NCBI GenBank assembly: GCA_964423465.1
Contig: CAYRFK010000001.1
Location: 12,987-76,986, forward strand
Direction: 5' to 3'
Origin: an uncultured Verrucomicrobiota bacterium
Lineage (GTDB): Bacteria > Verrucomicrobiota > Kiritimatiellia > PWTM01
DNA length: 64,000 bases
A program made the translations under genes and the position numbers. Shown here piece by piece: positions 37,353 to 45,884 of the stretch. The notes below the pieces were generated by a model. That model saw only the letters and a program-made list of their open reading frames with translations, did not search any database and had not been told where the DNA came from. Within the stretch, counting starts at the first letter, position 1, and each line of letters starts with the position of its first letter.

Positions 37353-40300
37353 ATGAAACGAACCGTCCTGCTCGCCGCCGCCTCGGGTCTCCTTCTGTTA
37401 TCCGCCGCGCATGCCGCGCCGCCGACGCTGCTGATCGAGGCGGAGTCGTTCCAGGTCGGCGGGGACTGGCGCTACGCGGGCGACCGCGAGGCACTGGGCG
37501 GCGCGTTGATGCAGGTGCTCCCTCCCCCGCCCGGTGCGAAGCGACCGCCGGCGGTGGATGCCTTGAGCGTCATCGAGATCCCGACCGTCGCCGAATACCG
37601 CGTCTGGGTGCGCACGCGCGACTTCGCCACCTATCCCGGCACGCGTCGGTTCGCCGTGACGATCGACGGAGCTTCCCCCTTTTCCGAGGCCGGCAATCTG
37701 GGCCGCGACGGCTGGGGCTGGCAGAAGCTGGGCAGCCTCCGCCTTGACGCAGGCCGCCACCGTCTCGGCCTGCGCGACACGGCCCGCTCCTACGCACGAT
37801 GCGACGCGATCCTCCTGACCGCGGGCGAACTGGATCCCGGCGCCACGCCTCCGGCGCAGCTCGCGCGCTTCCGGACCACCCTCGTGCGCCTGCCGACCGA
37901 TCGCGAGGCCGCGCTGGCGCCGCCCGCCCCTGCGCCGGTCGCGACCAGTGTCGTCGCCGCGCTCGACAACGGACTCGTCCGGATCGAATTCGGCGGCGCT
38001 ACGGACGCGACCGGCCGCCCTCTCATCCTCCGTCGCACCGTGCTGCCCGGCCGGCCGCCGGTTGGCGGCGCCGGCGAGATGGTCTTCCTGCTCCATGCAG
38101 CCGACTGCAGCGCGAACCTGCGCACCCTGCCCCACTGGGAGACGCCAAACGAACCGCGTCGCGTCAACCTCGACGGCACGTGGATCACAACCCCGGGCGT
38201 CACGCGCGACCCGTTCGAGCCCGGCGCGCTCGCACGGCTCGTCCCGCGCGCCGCGCGTGCGACGGGGGCGGAGACGGTCGAGGTCGACTTCGAGGCCGAT
38301 GGCGCGGCCGACACTCTTGCGGACCGCCGCGCAACCGGCATCTGGACGCTCAAGCCCGGCTGCCTCGATGCGCGGTTCGAGCTCCGCGTCACGACGGCGC
38401 GCGACGGCTTCTACTCCGCCGGCCTCTGCGCGTTCGATCCCCTGCCCCGCGAGGCGGCGGAGTTCGTGCAACTGCCGCCGCTCTACCAGTTCCAGCGCCT
38501 GCCGCTGCGGCCGGAGATGGTGACCAGCACGCTGACGCCACATCCGATGGTGCTCGTCCAGACGCGTCCGGGCGGCTCCAGCTCGCCGCCGCTGTGCCTC
38601 GTCGCCTCCGCCGAGCCGGACCGCCTGCCGTTCCAGTGGCCGACCGCCTCGAACATGGTCTACGGATTCTCGCTGCTCAACGCCAGCGGGCTCGTGCAGC
38701 CCTGCGCATTCTCGCCGGTGCTCGGCACGGACGCATCGCGCTGGACCGCCGGCACGACGCAGTCCGTCGCGTGGCGCGTCCTGGCGCACCCGGGCGACTG
38801 GACCGCGGCGCTGGAGCACTATGCCGGCCGCGTCGCCGGCGTCCGCGACTACCGCAGACCGGTCGGCACGTCACTCACCGAGGCGGCGCTCAACATGATG
38901 GACCTGATGCTCGACGACGCCGCGGGCGGATGGACGGCGGACATGAAGGGCTTCTACGACATCGAAACGCCCTCCATGGGCAAGCAGGCCGCTCCGCTGG
39001 CTGTGATCGCGGCCTCGTTGGTGGCGCGCGACGGGAAGGCCTGGCGCGAGCGCGCGCTTCCGACGATTGAGTTCACGTTGCGGTCCCGCGGCTCCGCCGT
39101 CGTGAGCACCGGCCACGACGGGCGCAACAACGTGCCGCTCCCCAACCAGCTCGCCGTGCCATCCGCCTTCTACGACACCGCCTACTGGGAGGGCGTCCAT
39201 GCGCTCACCGGCGGGCTCAACCCATGGCTCGCGGAGTTCGCCGCGCCGGGCGGGACGGCGTCGCACAGCCGCGCCTACAACACGTCGCGCCGGTGGGTCT
39301 CCGACCTCGCTCTGCACCGCCTGCGGCCCGACCCGGCGCTGCTGGAGCAGGCGAAGCGTGGCGCGGACGATTTCGTGCGCGCGGAGATCTTCGGACGTCA
39401 GACGAAGCCGGTCCCGTTCGAAATGTTCTACAACATCCACTTCTACCCGGCGTGGTGGGAACTGCCCGACCTCTACGAGGCGACGGGCGACCGGCGCTAT
39501 CTCGATGCGGCCGCCGAGGGTGCGTTCCATACGATCGCGGGGCTCTGGTCGCACCCGCGCGTGCCGGAGGGCGACACGGTGATCCATCGCGGCGGGCAGG
39601 AGCAGATCCACCACCGCGTCTGGTGGCGCGACGGCGGCACGTACCGTCTCGGCTGGCCGCGGCAGCCCGGCGACACGCCCGAGCACCGCGTGCCCGCGTG
39701 GCAGGTCTCGGCCGTTGGCCTCGGCCTGGAGCAGCCGTCGACCTACACCTGCTACCCGCAGGCGATGAACCACATCATGATGTCCGTGTGGTCGCCAAAC
39801 CTGCTGCGCGTGCACCTCCACACCGGCCGCGAGGTCTTCCGCACCGCCGCGCGCAACAGCATCATCGGGCGGTTCGCGAACTATCCCGGCTACTATCTCA
39901 CAACGTTCACGGATGTCGTCCACGGCCCGCGCTACCCGTACGAGGGGCCGGACCTGACGTGCTTCTACTACCACCATCTGCCGGTGCAGTTCGGCTTCAC
40001 GCTCGACTACCTCGTCACGCAGGCGCGCGTCGGGTCGGGCGACCGCGTCCGCTTCCCCTGGTCGCGCCAACGCAACTACGCTTGGTTCGACTTCCGCGTG
40101 CCCACGCCGCAGCCGGGCGAGGTCTACGGCGAGCCCGGCGCCGTGCTGTGGCTCGACCGCCGCATCGCCCGGCCGGACACGCCGCAGGCCGACTGGCTCG
40201 CCGCGCGCAGCCGCGACCGGTTCTTCCTGATGCTCACCAGCCAGTCCGACGCGCCGCTGACGGTGCGACCGAACCTCGACGCCGCTTTTGCAGGTCTGCG

Positions 40301-40754
40301 CGACGGCGTGGTGCATGTCTACGAGGGCACGAACGCGACGCGCGTGGTGCTCGCCACCGCCCCGGAATCCGTCACGATCCCGCCGAGGAGCATGGTGACG
40401 CTGTCGATCCCCGCCGCGCCGCGCGACGGACCGATCCGCGGCACGCCGCTCGCCCGTGGACACTTCACCGCCCCGCTCGGTGCGTGGGGCACGCTGCACG
40501 CCTTCCGTATCCGATCCCCGTTCGGCGATGACTCGGTCTTCGTCACGCTGCCGGTCGACGCGGTGCCCGGCGCAGTGGCGACGCTGAAGCTCGGCGGCGG
40601 CGCCACGCCCGCGGTCCTGCGCGACGACGCCTTCCCCTACGAGTTCAGCCTCGGCCCCGTCCCCTGCGGCGAGCCCGTCGACATCGAGTTCGCCATCGAA
40701 GCCGGCGCAACGAAACCCGCCGCGGCCGCAACGCTGTCGCTCCCCGGCGGCTGA
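37353..40754 (+). CDS. Large secreted protein (1134 aa), N-terminal carbohydrate-binding-like domain; possible polysaccharide lyase/hydrolase, function unknown
   Basis: The signal peptide is MKRTVLLAAASGLLLLSAAHA. The N-terminal LLIEAESFQVGGDWRY region looks like a CBM. No catalytic motif was recognised. The gene is followed by a perfect hairpin at 40774..40797. Confidence 0.5.
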   Translation: MKRTVLLAAASGLLLLSAAHAAPPTLLIEAESFQVGGDWRYAGDREALGGALMQVLPPPPGAKRPPAVDALSVIEIPTVAEYRVWVRTRDFATYPGTRRFAVTIDGASPFSEAGNLGRDGWGWQKLGSLRLDAGRHRLGLRDTARSYARCDAILLTAGELDPGATPPAQLARFRTTLVRLPTDREAALAPPAPAPVATSVVAALDNGLVRIEFGGATDATGRPLILRRTVLPGRPPVGGAGEMVFLLHAADCSANLRTLPHWETPNEPRRVNLDGTWITTPGVTRDPFEPGALARLVPRAARATGAETVEVDFEADGAADTLADRRATGIWTLKPGCLDARFELRVTTARDGFYSAGLCAFDPLPREAAEFVQLPPLYQFQRLPLRPEMVTSTLTPHPMVLVQTRPGGSSSPPLCLVASAEPDRLPFQWPTASNMVYGFSLLNASGLVQPCAFSPVLGTDASRWTAGTTQSVAWRVLAHPGDWTAALEHYAGRVAGVRDYRRPVGTSLTEAALNMMDLMLDDAAGGWTADMKGFYDIETPSMGKQAAPLAVIAASLVARDGKAWRERALPTIEFTLRSRGSAVVSTGHDGRNNVPLPNQLAVPSAFYDTAYWEGVHALTGGLNPWLAEFAAPGGTASHSRAYNTSRRWVSDLALHRLRPDPALLEQAKRGADDFVRAEIFGRQTKPVPFEMFYNIHFYPAWWELPDLYEATGDRRYLDAAAEGAFHTIAGLWSHPRVPEGDTVIHRGGQEQIHHRVWWRDGGTYRLGWPRQPGDTPEHRVPAWQVSAVGLGLEQPSTYTCYPQAMNHIMMSVWSPNLLRVHLHTGREVFRTAARNSIIGRFANYPGYYLTTFTDVVHGPRYPYEGPDLTCFYYHHLPVQFGFTLDYLVTQARVGSGDRVRFPWSRQRNYAWFDFRVPTPQPGEVYGEPGAVLWLDRRIARPDTPQADWLAARSRDRFFLMLTSQSDAPLTVRPNLDAAFAGLRDGVVHVYEGTNATRVVLATAPESVTIPPRSMVTLSIPAAPRDGPIRGTPLARGHFTAPLGAWGTLHAFRIRSPFGDDSVFVTLPVDAVPGAVATLKLGGGATPAVLRDDAFPYEFSLGPVPCGEPVDIEFAIEAGATKPAAAATLSLPGG

Positions 40755-40773
40755 CCCGTCCGCACCCGGCCGT

Positions 40774-40797
40774 GGGGCAGACACTCCTGTCTGCCCC
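40774..40797. terminator. Perfect 10-bp hairpin GGGGCAGACA-CTCC-TGTCTGCCCC
   Basis: It lies 20 nt after the stop of the 1134-aa secreted protein gene. Confidence 0.6.
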
Positions 40798-40937
40798 GCC
40801 AACCACGGCGCCGTGCCTCGCAAGCCGGACGAGGCGATACCTGAGCGCCGGAGCAGACACGATGGCGATCGATTCGATCTTGCCTCCGAGCCTTTGAACA
40901 GCAATCCTCACCCCATCGCGCAGTCATCGCTGCTTCG

Positions 40938-40957
40938 GCGGGCAATCTTGCCGGTTG
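40938..40957. promoter_or_regulatory. Perfect palindrome CTTGCCGG-TTGA-CCGGCAAG upstream of the hydrolase-subtilase gene
   Basis: It lies about 100 bp upstream of the ATG at 41055 and contains a TTGACC -35-like hexamer. Confidence 0.4.
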
Positions 40958-41054
40958 ACCGGCAAAGCTTGGAGGTGCCGCCGCCGGAATGCGAACTGAG
41001 ACGTGAGGGCGCACCCAGGTGCCTCGCGACGCACGGGGTAAGGAGGGTTAGTCC

Positions 41055-43376
41055 ATGACGACCAAGTCGAGGCGAACTCGGATGTCCTCCGTCGAATCCC
41101 AACCGGGCACGGCACGCACGGTCGTCTACGTTCATGGTATCGGCAACAAGCCCCCGGCCGATGTGCTGAAATGCATATGGGACCGGGCTCTCTTCGGCTT
41201 CGATCTGGGCGAGCATAGCCGAATGGCGTATTGGGTGAATCGGTCGACCTTCCCGGCCCCAGAGGCCGCGGACAGTCAGGCTTCCGACTACGCGGATGAA
41301 TCCACGACACATTTCGCCTCCCTGGCACTCGGACCGCGATCCCTGAAGGCCATGCCTTCCGATGTCTCTTTGACGGCCGGCCAGCGGAGGATTTTGAAAG
41401 GGATCGAGAGGGCACTCACCAGGAAGACGGCGACGACGACGCGCGATGGGCTTTCGGCCAAGGTCATCCCACTGCCGGCCGGCGCACGAGAGTGGCTGGT
41501 GCGACGGATTACGAAGGCTCTGTTGCGGGATGTCTACGAGTTCTTCTTCGTTGCCGAGCGGCGCCGGGTCATGCGCGAGAGCCTGGAGGATCGCCTGACG
41601 TCGGGCGGCGGCCCCTTCGTGATCGTGGCACACAGCCAAGGGTCGATGATCGCATACGATGTGTTGGCCAGGCTGAGCGCCACGAAGCAGGCGCCTGATG
41701 TCCGCCTGTTCATGACCATCGGCTCACCCTTGGGGATTCAGGAGGTCCAAGACCAGCTCAAGAAGATGACCGGCCAGAAGAGGCTCGCCGTCCCCGCCTG
41801 CGTCTCTCGGTGGGTCAACGTCTCGGACCCCCTGGACCCCGTGGCGCTGGATCACAAGTTGGCGAATGACTTCAAGCTCGGCGAGACCGTCAAAGTAGAG
41901 GATTTCGTTTGCCGGAATCCCGACAGCCCCCGCCATCCGCATTCCGGCACCGGATATCTCAGCCTTGCACAGGTCCGGAAGCCGGTGGCCGACGCAGTGC
42001 AGGCCGGCCTTTTCCAGCCGGTGTCCCAGTTCACGATCTCCAAGGATGTTGCGGCGAAAATGGAGGCCGGGGACCAATGCGAACGTCACGATGTCCTCAT
42101 CGAACTCGTGCAGGGCGATATGAAAGGCCTGCACTCCCAGTTGGACGCCAAGCTGCGGTCGATTGTCAAACACCCTGAGGATGCCGAGATCCAGCACCTG
42201 AAACGCTACGTCGCCGCCCGACTCACCCGCCAGGAAGCCGAACGGGTCGCCTCGGAACTCGGAACGCTCAAGGGGAACGCGCATCTGGTGGACAAGCTCT
42301 GGCCCAATGCCGTGAAACGGGCCCTGCTGCACTGCTCCATTCACACCGTCCAAGCCCTCCCTGCCCACGAGGCCTATCACGCGCGCGGCGACGGCGTGGC
42401 GTGGGCGGTTCTCGATACCGGGATCAACCGCGCGCACCCGCACTTCGGTGTCGGAAAGAAGTCGGTGATCGTTGCCGAGCACGACTGCACGCGCGCCCGT
42501 GGCATCGTTTCTGGAGAGGATGCGACTTCCGACGCCACCGGGCACGGCACGCATGTGGCCGGGATCATCGCCGGCGGAATCGACATGGTTCACGACGCCA
42601 AGGGCAACGCACATCCCATGTTCGCCATGGCCCCCAAGTGCCGGCTGCACATCTACAAGGTGCTGGGGGACGACGGTTCGGGACGCGACGCCTCCATCAT
42701 CCGCGCCCTGGACCACATTGCCGACCTGAACGAGCAGTCTCCGCAGCTTGTCATCCACGGCATCAACCTGAGCCTCGGCGGCCCCTTCGACGCAACCTCC
42801 TACGGGTGCGGACACAGCCCCCTGTGCCGCGAGTTGAAGCGCCTTTGGCGGCAGGGCGTGCTCGTGGTCGTCGCCGCGGGAAACGAGGGACTGGCCCTGC
42901 TCGACACCGCGCAGGGCGCGATCCATGCCAACATGGACATGAGTATCAATGACCCTGCCAATCTTGAAGAGTGCATCGCGGTGGGATCGGTCAACAAGGT
43001 CAACCCGCACTCCTACGGGGTGTCCTACTTCTCCTCCCGTGGCCCGACGGCCGACGGACGTTGCAAGCCTGACGTCGTCGCACCGGGCGAGAAGATCCTC
43101 TCCTGCCGCCACCGCTTCCAAATTCTCCGATCAAAGCCCAAGAAGGGACGGTCCCTCCGCTGCGAAAACTACTACGTGGAAATGAGCGGCACCAGCATGG
43201 CCGCGCCACATGTATCCGGCATCCTGGCGGCATTCCTGTCTAAGCGATCTGAATTCAAGGGGCAGCCCGACCGCGTGAAGGAAATCCTGCTCGCCAACTG
43301 CACCGACCTGAAGCGCGACCGGGCCTTCCAGGGCGCGGGGCTGCCCAATCTCGTGAAGATGCTCGTGGAGACGTAA
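41055..43376 (+). CDS. Cytoplasmic two-domain protein: N-terminal alpha/beta-hydrolase (lipase/esterase-like, AHSQG nucleophile elbow) fused to C-terminal subtilisin-family S8 peptidase
   Basis: The product has no signal peptide. The N-terminal region contains VVYVHGIGNKP and FVIVAHSQGSMIAYDV. The S8 triad is AVLDTGI (Asp), HGTHVAGIIAG (His) and GTSMAAPHVSG (Ser). The ATG is preceded by a strong AGGAGGG RBS. Confidence 0.75.
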   Translation: MTTKSRRTRMSSVESQPGTARTVVYVHGIGNKPPADVLKCIWDRALFGFDLGEHSRMAYWVNRSTFPAPEAADSQASDYADESTTHFASLALGPRSLKAMPSDVSLTAGQRRILKGIERALTRKTATTTRDGLSAKVIPLPAGAREWLVRRITKALLRDVYEFFFVAERRRVMRESLEDRLTSGGGPFVIVAHSQGSMIAYDVLARLSATKQAPDVRLFMTIGSPLGIQEVQDQLKKMTGQKRLAVPACVSRWVNVSDPLDPVALDHKLANDFKLGETVKVEDFVCRNPDSPRHPHSGTGYLSLAQVRKPVADAVQAGLFQPVSQFTISKDVAAKMEAGDQCERHDVLIELVQGDMKGLHSQLDAKLRSIVKHPEDAEIQHLKRYVAARLTRQEAERVASELGTLKGNAHLVDKLWPNAVKRALLHCSIHTVQALPAHEAYHARGDGVAWAVLDTGINRAHPHFGVGKKSVIVAEHDCTRARGIVSGEDATSDATGHGTHVAGIIAGGIDMVHDAKGNAHPMFAMAPKCRLHIYKVLGDDGSGRDASIIRALDHIADLNEQSPQLVIHGINLSLGGPFDATSYGCGHSPLCRELKRLWRQGVLVVVAAGNEGLALLDTAQGAIHANMDMSINDPANLEECIAVGSVNKVNPHSYGVSYFSSRGPTADGRCKPDVVAPGEKILSCRHRFQILRSKPKKGRSLRCENYYVEMSGTSMAAPHVSGILAAFLSKRSEFKGQPDRVKEILLANCTDLKRDRAFQGAGLPNLVKMLVET

Positions 43377-43468
43377 CGCATCACGCCCTCTCGTCGCTCT
43401 GCGTAAGCACTCATGTCGCCCGCATTTCGAGACGAAGGGCGCCTCCGTCTCTAACCGCGATGGGCACC

Positions 43469-44154
43469 TCATGCTTGCATCAACTCGGCGAATTCATCGG
43501 GATCGGCAGCGATCAGTTCCTGATAGGCGATGCGAACGATCTCGTAATTTTCGGCTTTGATGCGCCTCTGCCGTTGATCGCCGGAAGGCGCAAAATCGCT
43601 TGCCGTAATCGCGTCGTAGCCCGGCGCTTGACGCCGAACACACGCCGCTCTTCCCAGCACTATCTCAATCATCTGGGGTTTGACGTGGCTCTCCAGATCA
43701 TCCTGCCATCGTTGCTCCAAGTTGAGGAGATCAAGCACCCGCTTGGATCGAGGCGTCAGGATGCCTTTCTCGCGAATATTGACCGTCAGAGCTTGCCCAC
43801 TTCTCACTACTCTTGCACGAAGCGGGCCAAATGCCTCACGTCTATACGGACAAAACATCCTTGGGATCTCTGTACCGTCCTCGTCAAAGAGCGGCTCTTT
43901 CGCGAGTTTACGCTTGTTGCAGCTTCCGCAGATCGGCATGAGATTAAACGGATGCATCGAGAGGAAAGGGTGTTTCGACTTGGGCAAGTAGTGATCGACC
44001 TCGGATTCAGCATCGACCTCTGTGATTCGACCACGCGGACCGTCACAGGCCGGACACGTGACGAACTTATTCGGCCTCGTCGCATTCGCGACGTGAAACT
44101 CGTCGATCAACTCGAGACGTGTCAGACCGCGCCCACGGGTCACTTCCTTAGGAA
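43469..44154 (-). CDS. HNH endonuclease domain ORF (either C-terminal part of the upstream helicase after a frameshift, or separate GTG-started gene)
   Basis: The HNH motif is EVDHYLPKSKHPFLSMHPFNLMPICGSCNKRK, preceded by a CPACDG zinc-ribbon-like pair. Upstream in the same frame, VTRGRGLTRL resembles SF2 helicase motif VI. The track ORF (43469..44893) extends antisense into the helicase gene. Confidence 0.6.
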
Positions 44155-45749
44155 CACCATTGACAACAAAGCCATGGTAGAACTCGCCGAATATTACTTT
44201 CAGGGATGACCGGACATCCGCAGGCAACTGGGGATACGAGCGTGCGGATCGAGGGCACATCGATGCCGGTGTCGAGCATGTCCACGGAGATCGCCACGCG
44301 CGGATAGTCGCGGAACTTGAAATCATCCAAGGTCTTCTCCGCCCGTTCCATTCGACTGTCGATGACTTTGGCAAAGCCGCGACGCTGAAGATCGGGATAC
44401 AGGCGATTGAAGCTCTGGTAGACCTCCAGCGCGTGGTCGTGGCTGACGCAGAAGAAGATGCTCTTGCCGGGCAGGCTGCCGGTGGCATCGCGCCGGGCGT
44501 ACTCCATGAACTCGCGGACGATGGCGTCATTCGTGCCGGTGTTCGTGACCTTCTTCTCGAGATCCGTGCCCTCGAAGTCGAGGTCTGCGGCCGTCGCACC
44601 CTGCCGCGCAAGCTGGGTGGTGACTTCCGGAGATAGGTCGCCCGGGTGGATGCCATCGATCTGAAAGCGCGTCCGGGCCCGGTGCAGCCGGTAGTCCACC
44701 AGATGCCCGTTCTCGACCGCCTCCGCATAGCCATACTCGTAGGTGGGCAGGCCGTCCGGGCACTCGAAGATCTGGAACGTGTTGTGCTCGATGAAATCGG
44801 TGGGCGTGGCGGTGAGCCCCATCTGAAGCGCGTCGAAGTGGTCGAACAGCACGCGGTAGTGCTGGTAGATGGACCGATGGCTCTCGTCGGCAATGATCAG
44901 GTCGAAATGCCCAGGCGAGAGCGAGGGGTAGAGGCCCATCATGGCCGGGTAGGTGGAGATCAGGATTCGGGCCGTACGGTCAAAATCCCCATCCTCGATG
45001 CGATCCCGCGGCACATCGGGAAGATGTTCCTTGAAGGCATCCATGGCCTGGCGGACCAGTTCGCGACGGTCGGCCAGGAACAGGACCCGTGAGGCCCATT
45101 TGCAGCGGATCAAGAGGTCGGCCAAGCCGATCACGGTCCGGGTCTTGCCTGTTCCCGTGGCCATCACGAGAAGGAAACGTCGCCGCGCCTGCTCGATGGC
45201 GGAGGTCACCGCACGGATCGCCTCGTGCTGATACTGGCGGTCCACGATCTCCGCGCGGATCGGCGCGGCGGCAAGGGCCTCCCTGTACCGGTCATGGAAC
45301 GCAAGTCGTTCGAGATCCTCAAGGCTGTAGAAACCCGAGATCCGGCGCGGAGGATAGAGCTTGCGGTGCCAGAACCAGATTTCGTTGCCGTTCGCGAGGA
45401 AGATGAAGGGGTCGATGCCGTGCAGTTCCCGCACGCGGTCGGCGTAGTCGCTGGCCTGCCTCTCCCCCTCAACGGGGCTCCGGCTGGCGCGTTTCGCTTC
45501 GACGATCGCAATCGGCCGGCCGATGCGATCCAAGAGGACATAGTCGACGAATTCAGCCGGCACGAGGTACTCAACACCGTCCTCGGCCGTCCGGAGGGCG
45601 CCCCCCGGCAGAAGGAACTCATCCATGCGACGACGCGACTCCAGCGTCCAGCCCGCGACAGCTAGCTGCCGATCGATCCGCGTTCTCCGCGCTTCGCCCT
45701 CGTTCTCCCGACCTACCATGTCTTTGCGGTGCCAGAAGATGGAGGGCAT
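44148..45749 (-). CDS. HsdR_N-type PD-(D/E)xK nuclease domain + SF2 (DEAD/DEAH, restriction-Res-like) helicase; the C-terminus appears frameshifted
   Basis: The HsdR_N motifs are EFVDYVLLDRIGRPIAIVEAKRAS, QASDYAD and FLANGNEIWFW. The helicase motifs are I (LLVMATGTGKT), II (DESHR) and V (VDMLDTGIDVP). The reading frame then ends in a Cys-rich 30-aa tail with no motif VI, which instead appears in the -1 frame. The start is the ATG at 45749 (MPSIFWHRKD). Alternative in-frame upstream starts occur within a 12-nt repeat (MNPRMNPR). Confidence 0.65.
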   Translation of the reverse strand: MPSIFWHRKDMVGRENEGEARRTRIDRQLAVAGWTLESRRRMDEFLLPGGALRTAEDGVEYLVPAEFVDYVLLDRIGRPIAIVEAKRASRSPVEGERQASDYADRVRELHGIDPFIFLANGNEIWFWHRKLYPPRRISGFYSLEDLERLAFHDRYREALAAAPIRAEIVDRQYQHEAIRAVTSAIEQARRRFLLVMATGTGKTRTVIGLADLLIRCKWASRVLFLADRRELVRQAMDAFKEHLPDVPRDRIEDGDFDRTARILISTYPAMMGLYPSLSPGHFDLIIADESHRSIYQHYRVLFDHFDALQMGLTATPTDFIEHNTFQIFECPDGLPTYEYGYAEAVENGHLVDYRLHRARTRFQIDGIHPGDLSPEVTTQLARQGATAADLDFEGTDLEKKVTNTGTNDAIVREFMEYARRDATGSLPGKSIFFCVSHDHALEVYQSFNRLYPDLQRRGFAKVIDSRMERAEKTLDDFKFRDYPRVAISVDMLDTGIDVPSIRTLVSPVACGCPVIPESNIRRVLPWLCCQWCS

Positions 45750-45755
45750 GTCAAT

Positions 45756-45779
45756 CCTCGGATTCATCCTCGGATTCAT
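45756..45779. repeat. 12-nt tandem repeat (CCTCGGATTCAT) x2 plus partial copy
   Basis: It lies immediately 5' of the helicase start. In frame on the minus strand it encodes MNPR-MNPR. Confidence 0.7.
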
Positions 45780-45884
45780 TCTGCTCCTCGCTCGCGATAC
45801 AAGACCCCCGTCCGCGCTTGCCATCGGGGGGGGATTTCGCGACACTGACGCCGCCGCCGGGCTGGTCCGACGGCGGTCGGTACG

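Noticed and set aside
38871-40904. 677-aa minus-strand ORF (and 37398..38819)
   Set aside because: These are antisense to the 1134-aa secreted protein gene.
41724-43121. 465-aa minus-strand ORF
   Set aside because: It is antisense to the hydrolase-subtilase gene, which has a full S8 triad and a strong RBS.
44215-44893. Ser/Thr/Arg-rich N-terminal 220 aa of the track ORF 43469..44893
   Set aside because: This part is an out-of-frame translation across the helicase coding region. Only the section from about 44154..44230 downward (motif VI-like + HNH) carries recognisable domains.
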